From positions 3,844,001 through 3,908,000 of the forward strand of contig CM075989.1 of assembly GCA_038087875.1 (NCBI GenBank): 64,000 nucleotides of DNA, in the 5' to 3' direction. Shown here piece by piece: positions 12,160 through 25,046 of this stretch (positions within the stretch are counted from its first letter, which is position 1; each line of letters begins with the position of its first letter). The notes beneath the pieces are model-generated. The model did not search any database. It was not told where the DNA came from and saw only the letters and a program-made list of their open reading frames with translations. The position numbers and the translations under genes are program-made. The stretch comes from Malacoraja senta (Eukaryota).

Positions 12160-13132
12160 ACCCCTTCTATCTTTCCTAAATAATAAAGACCTAACTTGTT
12201 CAACCTTTCTCTGTGTCTTAGTTGCTGAAACCCAGTCAACATTCTAATTGATCTCCTCTGTACTCTCTCTATTTTGTTGACATCCTTCCTATAATTATGC
12301 CTACCAAAATTATACACCATACTCCACAATTGACCTCAACAATACCTTGTACAATTTAACATTACAACCCAACTTCTATACACAATGCTCTGATTTATAA
12401 AGGCCAACACACCAAAATCTTTCTTTACCATCCTATCTTCATGAAATTCCACCTTCAGGGAACTATGCACAGTTATTCCTAGATCCGCCTATTCAACTTC
12501 ATTCCTCAATTCACAATCATTTACCATGTACATTCAATTTTGATTTGTCCTGCCAAGATGTATCATCTCACACTTATCAACATTAAACCCATCTGTCATT
12601 TTTCAACCCATTCTTCCAAATGACCTAAATCTCTCTGTACACTTTTTAAAATCTACTTAATTATTCACAACACCACCTATCTTAGTATCATCTACATACT
12701 TATTAATCTATTTTACCACACCAACATCCAGATTATTGATTCACATGACAAACAACAGTGGACCCAACACACATCCCCGAGGTACCCTTCTAGTCACTGA
12801 CCTCCAACCTGACAAACATCCATCCACCATTGCTCTCTGACATCTCCCATACAGCCACTTTTTAATCCATCTTGCTATTCCTTACTAACCCTTCTTAACC
12901 AACCTTATTTCCTTATTGAACCTTGTCAAAGGCCTTACTGAAGTTCATCTAGACAACATCCATCACTTTACCCTCATCAATTTCCCTAATAACCTTTTCA
13001 AAAAATTCAAGATTAGTCAAACATCACAATCACAAATCCATGCTAATTCTTCCTAATCCTACCCTATTTATCCAAATTCTTATATATTGTCTTAAGTATC
13101 CTTTCCATTATTTTGCCCACCACTGATGTCAA
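12160..13132 (-). mobile_element. Degraded CR1 RT fragment nested in the ERV
   Basis: Aligns by eye to the CR1 at 45950-46935. Confidence 0.8.
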
Positions 13133-13776
13133 ACAACGTTCTTGTTCAAACTCTACTCTTTTATCACATCTTTGTCCTCCTGTTCATTTACCTCAGGGCT
13201 ATTATCTATTCGTACCTGCGGGACAGCCCTCAGGTATTATTGAAATGGTACCAGGTATATCAACCTTCTACCTGAACATCGGTCGGTAGTTTAGAAAACT
13301 CATACATACACCTTGTCTTCAGGTTTAAAGGGTCCTTCCTCCTGGTCCACCTCCAACAGCTTTTACTTTTCCTGTTCATAAATAGATTTGTATATCATAA
13401 TTAACTGTTTCATATACTTTTTAAAATTCTATCTTTAACTGTTCCAAACTCGGTCTCTTGTAGGGACCTCTCCATTTTGCCACCTGCTCGGTTAGTTTGC
13501 ATGCAACATCTCTTCAGTGCCAATGGCAGGGCATCGATCCAATTCAACTTTGTAATTAAACAAATCTTATTTATATTAACCTTCAATGTTCCATTTATTC
13601 TTACATACCCAAATGTGTATTTTACTCTAAGGGTCTCTATCGCCAACTTAGCTACTCCCTAAATGAAAACAATCCATTGTCAAAGCTGATTTCTGTAGGT
13701 CTACCAAACCTCTTAATTACCTTATTCATCATAAACGACACTACAGGGCTTATACCTAATCTAGTCTGAACTATAT

Positions 13777-14099
13777 CCAATAGTATGAGTATTTTAGTTT
13801 AGTTGAGAGGTACCGTACAGAAACAGGTCCTTCGGTCCATTGAGTTCGCGCAACCAGCGATCCCTCCACATTAACACTATCCTAGACACGAAGGACAATT
13901 TCCAATTTTCACCGAAGCCAATTAGCTTACAAACATGTACATCTTTGGAATGTAGGAGGAAACCGGAGCACCTGGAAAATTCCCATGCGGTCACAGGGAG
14001 AACGTACAAACTCCACACAGACAGCACCCGTAGTCAGTATCAAACCAAAGTCTCTGGCGCTGTAAGGCAGCAACTCCACCACTGCGCCACTGTGTGCCC
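13777..14099 (-). mobile_element. V-SINE; first 252 bp form the right copy of the ERV-flanking duplication
   Basis: Complete SINE; uninterrupted paralog at ~19895-20235. Confidence 0.85.
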
Positions 14100-15909
14100 T
14101 CTATTAATATTGATTTCTCTAATCTGAATGGATATTTTTCAGGTGGAGAATGGCAGATTCTTGATTATTACGGGTGTCAGGGGATTTGGGGAGAAGGCAG
14201 GTGAAAGGGGTTGTGAGGGGAAAATAAATCAGTCATGATTGAATGGCCGAAAGGCTGAATTCTCCGATTACTTCAGAACTGATAAACACCTTTTTCTATT
14301 GTTCAATTGTGGTTAGTTTTCTGCCTGATCTATAGATTAGCTCCCTGGTCAGTCAATGTATGCTGCATTCTAACAAACACCTTTCGCAGTTTATTCAATG
14401 GTTACAACTCTTGTCATCTAAACTGTCATTCCCCCTCTACTCATCGCCAATCAGTGGAGCAGCAGGTAGGGTTGCTGTTGCATAGCACCGGAAACCAGGT
14501 GAGCCACTAAACTCTGGTACTATCAGTGTGGAGTTTGCACATTGGCCCTGTGACCATATGAGTTTCGTCCGGTTGCATTGGTTTCTTCACGCATGGCAAA
14601 GATGTGTGGGTTTACAGGTTAATTGGCCTCTAAGTTGCCCCAAATGTGTCGGGAGTGAATGAGAAAGTGGGATAACATAGAACTAGTGTGAACGGGTGAT
14701 CGATGGTCAGCATGGACTAGGTGGGTCGAAGGGCCTGTTTCCATGCTGAATTTTTAAACATAAAATCACTAAAGTTCCATAAGACTGTCTGGGATAAAGA
14801 TTTCACATTGCTATTTTGGGGGAAATTGATTGCATCTGATTTACAGGAAATCCACTTTGTGTTCAATTCACGGGAGAGCAGCTCTTACATAACCTGGGGA
14901 ACCCCTGTACACAGTACAGCGCGGTGGTGCAACAATAGAGCTGCTGCCTTACAGCGCCAGGGACCCGGGTTCAATCATTCCAATCCTACAGAGAGATCTT
15001 GGAATGCAAATCCATTGCATCCTGAATGTAACAACACAAGTGGGGAGGGTAGTGAGGACGGCATAAGGCAAGCTTGTAGCGGCATTGAGTACAGAAAGTT
15101 CCAATTCATTTGTACATCACTTTGCCTTGGCCACAATTAGATTATTGTGTGCATTTCTGGTCACTACACCACATGAAGGTTCTGGAGGAGAGTGAAGAGG
15201 GCACTGTGATGCAGTTTGCTCCAGGTGCTTCGGATTCCTCCAACCCTCCAAATACAGGCTTGTGGGTTAATTAGCTTTGGTTAAAAAATTGTATATTGTC
15301 CCTAATGTGTAGGTTAATGCTAGTGTGTGGGGTCTGGGAATGGTTCTTACTAGAAACGTCAACTAATCTTTTTCTCCTTGCTGCCTGACCCGCTGAGTTA
15401 CTCCAGCATTTTGTGTCTATCTTGTGTATGGAGTGATCGCTGGTCGGCGCGGACTCAGTGGACCGAAGGGTCAGTTTCCACATTTTATCTCTAAAGTCTA
15501 AAGGAGGCTCACTGTGATATTGTATGACAATAATGGGGTACTGGAACGAAGGCAAACATGCTGACAGATTGAGAGTGAGAGTTGGCATGATTGACTGGAA
15601 GAGAGAATAGTGCAGTAAAGGTCCACTCTGTCAGTGAATCCCAAAGGTTTGTGCCCAGATAACCAAATGTACCTTCATTGTGACTAACTGTCAGTAAATT
15701 TAAGGCTTCATGAAAATGAGGTTCAGCCATTTACACTTTTCATCTGCTATTTTCACTTTTAATATCAACGCACAAACATTATTTCACTAACCTTTCTGGC
15801 TTTTAATGTTGAATTCATGTTTTGTGGAAAGGAGACTCCGTGGATCAAAGGTATGAAAAACTTTATTTGATTAATTTGAATGAACAAAATATACCAAGGG
15901 AAAAAAATC

Positions 15910-17523
15910 TCACTCAGTCTTTTGCTTTTTCCTGCGAACAATACGACAAACTTTCTTCAGTGTTCCAACCACCAGCACAGTGAGCAGCAGTAACACAGAC
16001 AACAGAAAGATCATCACATCTACACAATAGTAAGCGTACCAGGGGAGTCGGTGGGATTCTGAGCGCAAATGCCCCGCTCCTTTGTGTCGGGCAACGAACT
16101 CAACCCAGAAAACGGCTCTCTCCATTGGCGACTCTAGCTGGTCCCGATGGAGAGCGGAGAGTCTCTTCATGTTGTCCCCATAAGATGCGCCGTTTATCAC
16201 CTCGTTGAGTGCCTGCAACAGATCTGTGGAGTGCATGGTTGCAATGTTGATCACTTTTGCTGCTCCTCGGGATTCAACTTTAAATAAATTGTCAAACTGG
16301 TCAAAAAGCAGAGGCATGCCGACCACTGGCACCCCATGGTACATGGCTTCATAAATCCCATTGGTGCCTCCGTGTGAAACAAAGGCTCGTGTGTTGGGGT
16401 GACCCAGCAGGTCGTTCTGAGGGATCCATTTCGCCAGCAGTGTATTATTCCCTATATTGGGAGGGGTCTCACCATCATATCTCCAGATAACCTTCTGGGG
16501 GATTTGAGATAAAGCTTCTGCTATTTTCATTGCAATCTCCATTGGTAAACAGTCGACAATGGAACCCAATGACATTACAACAAGTCCATGTTTCCCTGAG
16601 CTTTGGACAAACTCCTCCAACTCTGCTGCCAGAGGCCGTGCAGGTTTACACTGGAAGCCTCCGATGTACACAATGTTTGGCATGGTGGGTCTTGGGAATT
16701 CAAACACAAAATCCACCCTCATCAGCCACACATCAGCTCTGAGGAGAATCGACTTGATGTCCGTGTCTGGTCCCAGATACCGATGGCAGATTTCATTATA
16801 AATTGGATATATCAAAAACTCAGAAATCAAGTGTTGAAAGAGACTGTAAATGACATTTTCTGTTCTTTGGAGACAATCCATTTTGTCTGTGAGAAGTGAG
16901 CCAGGAAGTGGGACGTAGGAAGGTGGTGATGGGGCAGTGAGAAAATGGGCTTCCCCAATGATCTGCCATCGAACGTTGTACACCAGCGGCACTTTTAAAT
17001 AATACGCAAGCATTGACCCGGTACCAAATATAGGATCTGTGAGAATTAGGTCAAAGTTTGCATTTTCAAATTGATTCAACAAGGTTTTGTTTTCAAAAAT
17101 CGCCATGTTAACATTTTGATAAAATCTATGTAAATTGTACATAAATGTAAACATTAGATTTTGTAACATTATGTTGCCCCATAATGTGTGACTATTCTGT
17201 AACCTGTCCAGCGACATTTGCACAAATCTTTCCATCACTTCTTTCTTTGAAGTTGCTTCAATGTTTTGTTGTGCTTGAACTATGATGGTTTGATACAGAT
17301 CGGGTCTCTCTTTGATGAACCAGTTTGCGGAGTAACAAAGCACAGTGATGTTGTGGCCACGAAGGTTCAGCTCTTCCATTAGAATTTTCATATTGATCCA
17401 GTGACTTCCATCAACAGGCACTACCAATATTCTAGCTGCTTGGGTAATTGGACAAGACAGGGCGAAGATGATACCGAGAACAAATGTGACCTTTGATCTG
17501 CTTTTCCATCCAAGACCACCCAT
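15910..17523 (-). CDS. UDP-glucuronosyltransferase, UGT5-like, copy 2 (537 aa, single coding exon)
   Basis: Signal peptide, DGSHW catalytic His, LTDP Asp, signature WIPQNDLLGHP...HGG.NG.YEA...PLLFDQ, TM helix, KKQKTE; minus-strand AATAAA at 15862-15867. Confidence 0.95.
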   Translation of the reverse strand: MGGLGWKSRSKVTFVLGIIFALSCPITQAARILVVPVDGSHWINMKILMEELNLRGHNITVLCYSANWFIKERPDLYQTIIVQAQQNIEATSKKEVMERFVQMSLDRLQNSHTLWGNIMLQNLMFTFMYNLHRFYQNVNMAIFENKTLLNQFENANFDLILTDPIFGTGSMLAYYLKVPLVYNVRWQIIGEAHFLTAPSPPSYVPLPGSLLTDKMDCLQRTENVIYSLFQHLISEFLIYPIYNEICHRYLGPDTDIKSILLRADVWLMRVDFVFEFPRPTMPNIVYIGGFQCKPARPLAAELEEFVQSSGKHGLVVMSLGSIVDCLPMEIAMKIAEALSQIPQKVIWRYDGETPPNIGNNTLLAKWIPQNDLLGHPNTRAFVSHGGTNGIYEAMYHGVPVVGMPLLFDQFDNLFKVESRGAAKVINIATMHSTDLLQALNEVINGASYGDNMKRLSALHRDQLESPMERAVFWVEFVARHKGAGHLRSESHRLPWYAYYCVDVMIFLLSVLLLLTVLVVGTLKKVCRIVRRKKQKTE

Positions 17524-19912
17524 GTTGAGGAAAGATGATCACACCGATCCTGTGGTAGAATTGACTAGAAATGTTGGTAAGAGACAAACATTGGTAAAAA
17601 GTAAAACACAATGCTGGAGTACCTCAGCACATCAAGTCTACTCTGCCATGGCTGATCTATCTTTCTTCCCTCTCAACCCCATTCTCCTGCCGTCGCCCTC
17701 TTGACTCCCGAAACATTGACTGTTTCCATTCACCAGCGATGGTGCCTGACCTGCTGAGTTTGTCCGCATCCCAAAGACATCCGTATATTGCCTCTAGTGT
17801 GTAGAGAGTGGATGGGAAATTGTAATAATACAGAACTAGCGTGAACGAGTGATCGATGGTCAGGGTGGACTCTGTGGGCCGAAGGGACTATTTCTGTGCT
17901 GCATCTCAAGGGTGTAGTCTCGATAATTGTGGGGGTTAGTGGACTTGTTGTAGACGTCAGTGGATAATGTGTCCCCTCGTGGTGAGTTTGATGAAATGAA
18001 AGAGTTCGGCATGGGTGGAGCAGGTAGCTCCTATGCTGTCGTCAATGTGGAGAAACAGTTGAGGGGGATAGTGCCAGTGTACACTTGGTTCAAGGACTGT
18101 TTGACATATCCAACAAAAATGACAGGCATAGCTGGAGCCCATGCGAGTGCCAAAGGACTTTAAACTTTTGAGAGAGCGTGGAAACAGGTCCATCAGTCCA
18201 CCGAGGTTGCGCAGACCAGTGATCACTTTGGACAATTCACATTTTACAGATGCCAATTAACCTACAAACCTGCACGTCTCTGGAGAGTTTGGTAGTCACG
18301 GGCAGAACGTACAAACTCCGTACAGACAGCACCAGTGGTCAGCATCAAACCCAGGTCTCTAGTGCTGCGCCACCGTGCTGCCCCTGAATTGAGGAATTTG
18401 GAGATGAGATCCTTGGGGCCGGCGCAGACTCTCAGTCTGAAGAAGGGTCTCGACCCAGAAACGTCACCCATTCCGTCTCTCCAGTGATGCTGCCTGTCCC
18501 GCTGTGTTACACCAGCACTTCCTCAGAGATCAGGGGAACACTGCAACAAACGCAAGTGTGTATGTGAAGCCCACAACAAAACATGGGATATACACAAAAA
18601 GCTGGAGTATCTTAGCGGGCCAGGCAACATCTCTGGAGAGAAGGAACAGGTCGAGACGCTTCTTCAGACAAAACATGAGCTTCAGTTTAAAGCAAGTGAA
18701 AGGAAAAACAGTCAAATGGGCCGGGAATGGAATATTGGATTTGGAATATTGATTATTGAGTGAAATCTGGGGAGTAGAAATGTGTGTGTATGGAGGATAC
18801 AAAATATATGTGTTGAGATAATATCGAGTATGAAAACCATTGACGACGAACCGAGATACGAGGGAAACATGAGAACAAATTTTGCAAGAAACAAAATAAG
18901 CTCTCGGCAAGTTTGTTCAAGATAAAAATAATTTTCAATATTGCTATTCGTTGCCAAAATGATAAATAGAAAGCATGCATTGATATAACACCGAGATGGT
19001 GGAGAATTTGGAAGTGTTTTCAATTTACATACCTTGGGTATCAGTGAATTCGATGTTATCTGAATGTCAGAAAGATGTGACTGCGATGGGAATTGAACCC
19101 GCGGCTGCAGTGCCTTCACCCGCTGCTGAATTACCAGTGAAACACTGGTGCCTGGGACTCTGCGACCGCTTCCAGTCCCCACAAGAAAACAAAACGCTGG
19201 CCCCCTCACACCTTGCTCACTTGTCCGCGAGTAACACAGGAAAATACTTCCGGACAAATACAACATCAAAGTACCCGCCCCCAAACTGTATCTAAAAATA
19301 ACCGCAAGTATGAAAGTTCATTTGGTAAATACATTCGCGATGGAAGCTTCCTTTCCAATGTCGCTGAGATTTCAATCACGGGAAAGTGATCAACGATTCT
19401 CAGTTGATGGGGACAAAGTCTAAGAGGGCCTTTGGTGGTGTCATATTTGCTTTGATTGGATTATTTTTCATTCCGAGCTGCATGTTTGGTTGGCAATATT
19501 TTTTTTTGTTAAGGACAAATTCAGTTGGCTCGGAGTCAGCACAAGGTTTAACCTCCTGACTTTGTTACCCTAGACTTCCAGGAATACAAACTGATAAAGC
19601 GATTTTTACATTTCCTTAATAAAAATATCAATGAACCAGATGGATTTTATAACAATCCAGAGATTTTATGGGCTTTACATTCAAAAGTTGCTTGGCAGTA
19701 GAGAGTAGTGTTGGATGAGTTTTGTTTTGACTGGGGCACTGTGACCAGTGTTGTTCCACAGGGATCAGTGCTGGGACCTTTACTGTTTGTGAATATATAA
19801 ATGATTCGGATATATAAATGATTTGAGTGTATAAATGATTTGGTGGATTGATTAGTAAGTTTGCAGACAACACAAAAATTGGGCAGTTTACAAACCCAGC
19901 ATTATGAGTATT

Positions 19913-20235
19913 TTAGTTTCGTTTAGAGGTACCGTGCGGAAACAGGTCCTTCGGTCCATTGAGTTCGCGCAACCAGCGATCCCTCCACATTAACACTACC
20001 CTACACACGAAGGACAACTGGCAAATTTTCACCGAAGCCAATTAGCCTGAATAGCCAATATTGAAGTATACCTGTACATCTTTTGAATGTAGGAGGAAAC
20101 CGGAGCACCTGGAGAATTCCCATGCGGCCACAGGGAGAACGTACAAACTCCACACAGACAGCACCCGTAGTCAGTATCAAACCCAAGTCTCTGGCGCTGT
20201 AGGCAGCAACTCTACCGCTGCGCCACCGTGCGCCC
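19913..20235 (-). mobile_element. V-SINE (empty-site paralog of the ERV target)
   Basis: Continuous CAGCACCCGTAGTC where the ERV is inserted in unit 1. Confidence 0.8.
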
Positions 20236-20727
20236 TCTATTAATATTGACTTCTCTAATCTGAATGGATATTTTTAAGGTGGAGAATGGCAAATTCTTGA
20301 TTATTACGGGCGTCAGGGGATTTGGGGAGAAGGCAGGTGAAAGGGGTTGTGAGGGGAAAATAGATCAGTCATGATTGAAAGGCCGAAAGGCTGCCTTCCG
20401 CTCCGATTACTTCAGAACTGATAAACACCTTTTTCTACTGTTAAATTGTGGTTAGTTTTCTGCCTGATCTATAGTTTAGCTCCCTGGTCCGTCAATGTAT
20501 GTTGCATTCTGACAAACACCTTTCGCAGTTTATTCAATGGTTACAACTCTTATCATTTAAACTGTCCTCCACCCCCCCCCCCCCCTTTACTCATCGCAAA
20601 TCAGTGGTGCAGCAGGTAGGGTTGCTGTTGCATAGCAGCGGAAACCAGGTGCGCCACTAAACTCTGGTACTATCAGTGTTGAGTTTGCACATTGGCCCTG
20701 TGCCAAATATGATTTTACTTCGGAGTC

Positions 20728-20764
20728 ACGTGAAGAAGACCCGTCAGGGCGCATGCGCGTCAAT
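20728..20764. repeat. DIRS left ITR (37 bp), perfect inverse of 25167-25203
   Basis: ACGTGAAGAAGACCCGTCAGGGCGCATGCGCGTCAAT. Confidence 0.9.
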
Positions 20765-22039
20765 ACGTCTGACGCATTGGCGAGAACGGCAGCGGGAGCT
20801 CCTCCTGCAGGTGAGTAATTACAGCTCCACCAAAGTCGGTGAGACTTTGGAGGAGTTAGGAAAAGTAAAACATTGTTTCTGTGTGGTTTTTACCCACATA
20901 CAGGAACAAGGAAAAGGTGCAGGTCTGCTGCCGACAAGGAGAGAGAGAGCTGCGGGGGAGTCGCAAGCCGGTAGCGGGGCGGCGACAGACTTGGCAAAGT
21001 GCCCAGCCGGGTACACAGCCAACGCCAGTCGGGCGGTCGGCATAAGCCAAGTCTGTCAGGGCTATAGACTCCACAGAGTCGGGCCACGAGAGTCCCGTCG
21101 GGGACAGGATACCGTTCCCCAGCGGTTATCCAAAAGGAGCAGCTCATACAGGGGCTGCTCCACAGAGACGCTCCAGGAGGAGTAGTGCAGGAGGGAAGCC
21201 ATAGGGATGGCTCCGCTGGCAGTGCCTAGGAGAGGTCTGCTTCATAAAGCCATACTCCAGGAGGAGTTGTGCAGGCGGGAAGCCTTAGGGAAGGCTCCGC
21301 TGGCAGTGCCTAGTAGAGGCCTGCTTGAAAGCACCCTCTTTGAAAGAGGTGAGTGCAGAAGGGCAGATACGCTCTGACCCTGAGTCCGACGATGACTTCC
21401 AAAGGGACGGCAGGCAGCTGCCAGAGCTGACACCGTGTGCAGCACGGTTTGCCATGTCGTCGGACGATGATGAGCCTCTGTGTGAGGAACTTGCCACCAG
21501 CATAAATTACCAAGTCTCACATCAGCTACAGGAGCTGACAATGGATGAGACAGTAAGGAAGCATGAAGCCCCAATCAACTGTGGACTGTTAAAAGTTCCT
21601 GTTGGGAACAGGAAGAATTGGGGCAAGATGGGCATGCTAATGAGAGCCCAGGAGCATGTCAAGCTCCAGCATATTTTTAAAGTTGCTGGCATCTGGTATA
21701 ATGAGCTTTGCCAGGATGGTGGATGGAGAGGCCATGACAAATTACAACAAAAGGCACTATTGTGGAATGCCCACGTTGAGATCAACGCCTGGCACAGTGC
21801 AACCGGCACAGCTGTTTGGCGAGGATTTCGCACAGCAGGTGAAGGAGCTGGAGGAGAAGTATCCCTATAAGCGAGGAGACTGGTCCGGGCAAGGGATGAG
21901 TCCAGCTACGATGCAGCGCAGTTGGCGTTTGGCTGTAGCACCGCCAGGGAAGGTGAGATATCCAGCTCGAGGCCGGGGAAGAATGCCAGGTGGTAAGGAG
22001 GTAAGTGGGTCTGGTTCGCATGTAGACAGATCTAATGTG

Positions 22040-23752
22040 ATACCTCAGATATGTTTATACTGAAGGTTATAGAAGGATATCGAACAAAGCTTAATGCAAA
22101 TTCTGATTTACCCATGCAACATGTCCAAAAAGGAGTTTGACTTCAGTATCACTGAACAATTGGAAGTTCACTTGGAACTTGCAAGCTTATGTAATAAAGG
22201 TGTAATTGCTAAGGCAGTTTACCAAAGCCATCAGTTTGTGTCCAATATCTTTCCCAGACCAAGCAAGGATGGGGGATGCAGAATTATATTGGACCTGAAT
22301 CGTCTTAACCCTTTTGTAGGGTATAGACATTTTAAGATGGAAATGTTTGTGAAGGCGATCTTAAAGAAACGGATTCGGTGTCTGTTCATTTGCAGGATAG
22401 AAGATTTAAAATTCAGCTTGATGGGGCAATTATTGCAATACAATGCACTGCCTAATAGTTTGTCTTCAGCTCCTAGAGGGATTACAAAGTTGTTAAAACC
22501 TATTCTAGGCATGATGAGAAGTCGAGGGCATGTGCTCATGGCTTAGCTAGATAATATCTTGATTGTAGGACAATCAAAGGAAACAGCTGAAGCATCAGTG
22601 GCAGTTGGTAAAAACCATTTTTTAATTGGGCTTCATAAGCTATCCAGAGAAATCTAAATTTATACCTGTGACACAAATTGACTAGTTGGGTTCACAATAG
22701 ACTTAATCAACATCATTGTGACCTTGCCCAGGCAAAAAAGGGTAGAGCTAATTAAGAGCTGTATCAAGTTAATTGCTGACACACAGCCTTCAATTAGCCA
22801 GGTGACAAGTCTGCTGTGGTAATGGCTGGCAGCATTTCCAGCAGTTCAATATGGCCACTTTATTATCTACAATTACAAAGGTCAAAGGAACAAGCATTGA
22901 GGATACATTGGGGTCATTATAATAGACCTATGCTTCTATCAATAGAGGCTGTTGCTGATGTACAATGGTGGACTCAGCATGTGTCCACTAGTAGTTTCAA
23001 AGTGTTATTGGACCAAGCTTCCATGATTTGCAGACAGATGTCAGAGCACTTGGGTAGGATGCTACTGATACAAGATCCAGCTGTGGAGACAGATGGACAT
23101 TGCTTCTGCAAACATGGGGAATTAACCAAGAGTATTTTATGGACTCAAGGCTTATGGCACTAACTAAACTAGTTTGCATGTGCAGTGCAAAATAGACAAC
23201 ACTACAGCAGTTGCTGATATGAATCACATGGGTGGAATCAAATCGTTATCATGTGACAGGTTGGCAAATACAATTGGACCTGGAGTAGGGATAGAGAGAT
23301 TTGGATTGGAGCTATCTATCTGCCAGGGAAACTTAATGTACTACCAGATGGCAGCTCACAAAAATTCCATCATAACACAGAGTGGATGTGGAACCAGGAT
23401 GTGTTCAAGAACATAGTACTTCTATATGGAATGCCAAAATATGTTTCATAAGCACCAGATCCAGGGGCAGTGGCAATTGATGCTTTTTCACTAAATTGGG
23501 ATGATATGTTTGTGTACATTTTCCCACCATTCTGCCTCATAGGTCGGTGTTTGAGAAAATCAAGCAGGATGCCGCTTCAGGGGTTTTGGTGATACCAAAT
23601 TGCCTGATTCAACCATGGTTCCCTTTGATGTTACAGATAGCGATCCAACCTCTTTTTGCTGATTCCAAACAGTAGGAATTTGCTGGAGCATCCAGTAGCG
23701 CATTAAGTTCATCCGTTATGTGATCGTATGGATCTGTTAATTTGCAGGTTTT
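22040..23752 (+). pseudogene. DIRS RT / RNase H / methyltransferase-like ORF, multiply disrupted
   Basis: ORF pieces 22094-22546, 22816-23163 and 23174-23416; PDPGAVAIDAF and YIFPPF near 23455-23535. Confidence 0.85.
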
Positions 23753-23754
23753 AA

Positions 23755-24723
23755 GAATGCCTTACATTGGTCGAGGACTTTCTAGGCCAACAGTGGATAT
23801 ACTCACTGCAGCCTGGAGAAAGAGTACTCAAAAACAGTATATGACATGAAAAAAAAAAAAAATGGGGAACAATATTGTGTTCAAAAGAATATTCAATATG
23901 ATACTGTAGTTATTGAAAATGTGTTAGAGTTTTATCTACACTTTATTATGATGAGGGTCATAGCTATAGTGCTATCAATACAGCTAGAAGTGCTTTGTCG
24001 GCATATCTTGTAATAGGTACACGGACACAAAGTATAGGATCTCACCCTCTCATATCTAGGTTGATGAAAGGAATCTTTAATTCCAAAACGCCTAAGCCTA
24101 CGTATATAGTAATCTGCGATGTAAGCGTTGTTCTTAACATGCTTCGTCATTGGGTCCCTGTCACGTCTATAACTTTGCTGAATTGGCTATGCTAATGGCA
24201 TTGGTGTCAGTACAGAGAGTGCAGACTTTGCAAAAACTTCAGTTCGAGAGAATTGAAGTGAATACAGAGAATGTTCTGTTTTATATTTCTGACCTGCTCA
24301 AACAAAGCAGGCCAGGTGTGACAGGATTTAAGATTGTGTTCTCAGCATATCCTACAGCTCCATGTTTATGTGTAAGGACACATTTGTTACATTACATTGA
24401 AGCCACAAGGGCTTTAAGACAAGAAGAAACAGGATTATTTGTCAGTTACAAGAAGCCAACATAAAAGAGTGGCAGTTCAGACTATCTCAACGTGGTTAAA
24501 GCAAGAGTTGGTTCAGGCAGGAATTAACATTTATGTGTTTACATCTCATTCCACTAGCGCAGTAGCAACATCCGCAGCCAGGGCGATGGACGTTCCCATC
24601 GACCATATATTAAAAGCCGCAGGTTGGAAAAATGAACTTGTGTTTCAGCAATACTACCATCGGCCGAGTGTCGATGGAGGGCTGTTTGCCAACTCAATAT
24701 TGAGTGCTGTTGCTAATGTTTAA
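23755..24723 (+). pseudogene. DIRS tyrosine recombinase, frameshifted
   Basis: ALVSVQRVQ, KQSRPG, SHSTSA (catalytic R changed to S), AAGW, FQQYY. Confidence 0.85.
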
Positions 24724-24949
24724 AGTCTGTTTTCAATACTGTTTCATTCCGTTTCGTTTGTTGCCCCTACATTAAGAGGGTTTATTGGTTGTTTTATGAC
24801 CAAAAATAAAACTGTTTGTTTTTGCATGATATGCAATGTCATGTTTACAGCATTATTGATGATACTCAGAGTCAATCAATGCAGTGAGAAGCCGGGATTT
24901 TGATCTGCGGCATAAAAATCACAGAGCTTTAAAATCTTCACATAGTCAC

Positions 24950-25046
24950 TCACGTGACTCCGAAGTAAAATAGTAAGATTAAATGAGAACTTACCAGTTT
25001 GAAGTTTGATCTTTATTTTATGAGGAGTTACGTTGGTGATTATGTG
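24950..25046. repeat. DIRS internal complementary region (ICR)
   Basis: Reverse complement of the left terminus (20713-20733) joined directly to the reverse complement of the right terminus (~25199-25274). Confidence 0.9.

Larger units (their letters stand above)
10130..13776 (-). mobile_element. 5'-truncated endogenous retrovirus (fish epsilon/gamma-type env)
   Basis: Integrase fragments, env with ISD, degenerate PPT and a single 3' LTR. Confidence 0.85.

Noticed and set aside
12160..13132. APOBEC3-type strand-specific hypermutation of the ERV
   Set aside because: Both G>A and C>T occur on the same strand, so it is not the canonical one-strand signature
16530..16899. Recurrent antisense ORFs over each UGT
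   Set aside because: Shadow frames that recur only because the genes are duplicated
18530..19295. ORFs recurring in each spacer (also near 8650, 30930, 43830)
   Set aside because: Frames and lengths are not preserved between copies; no domain similarity
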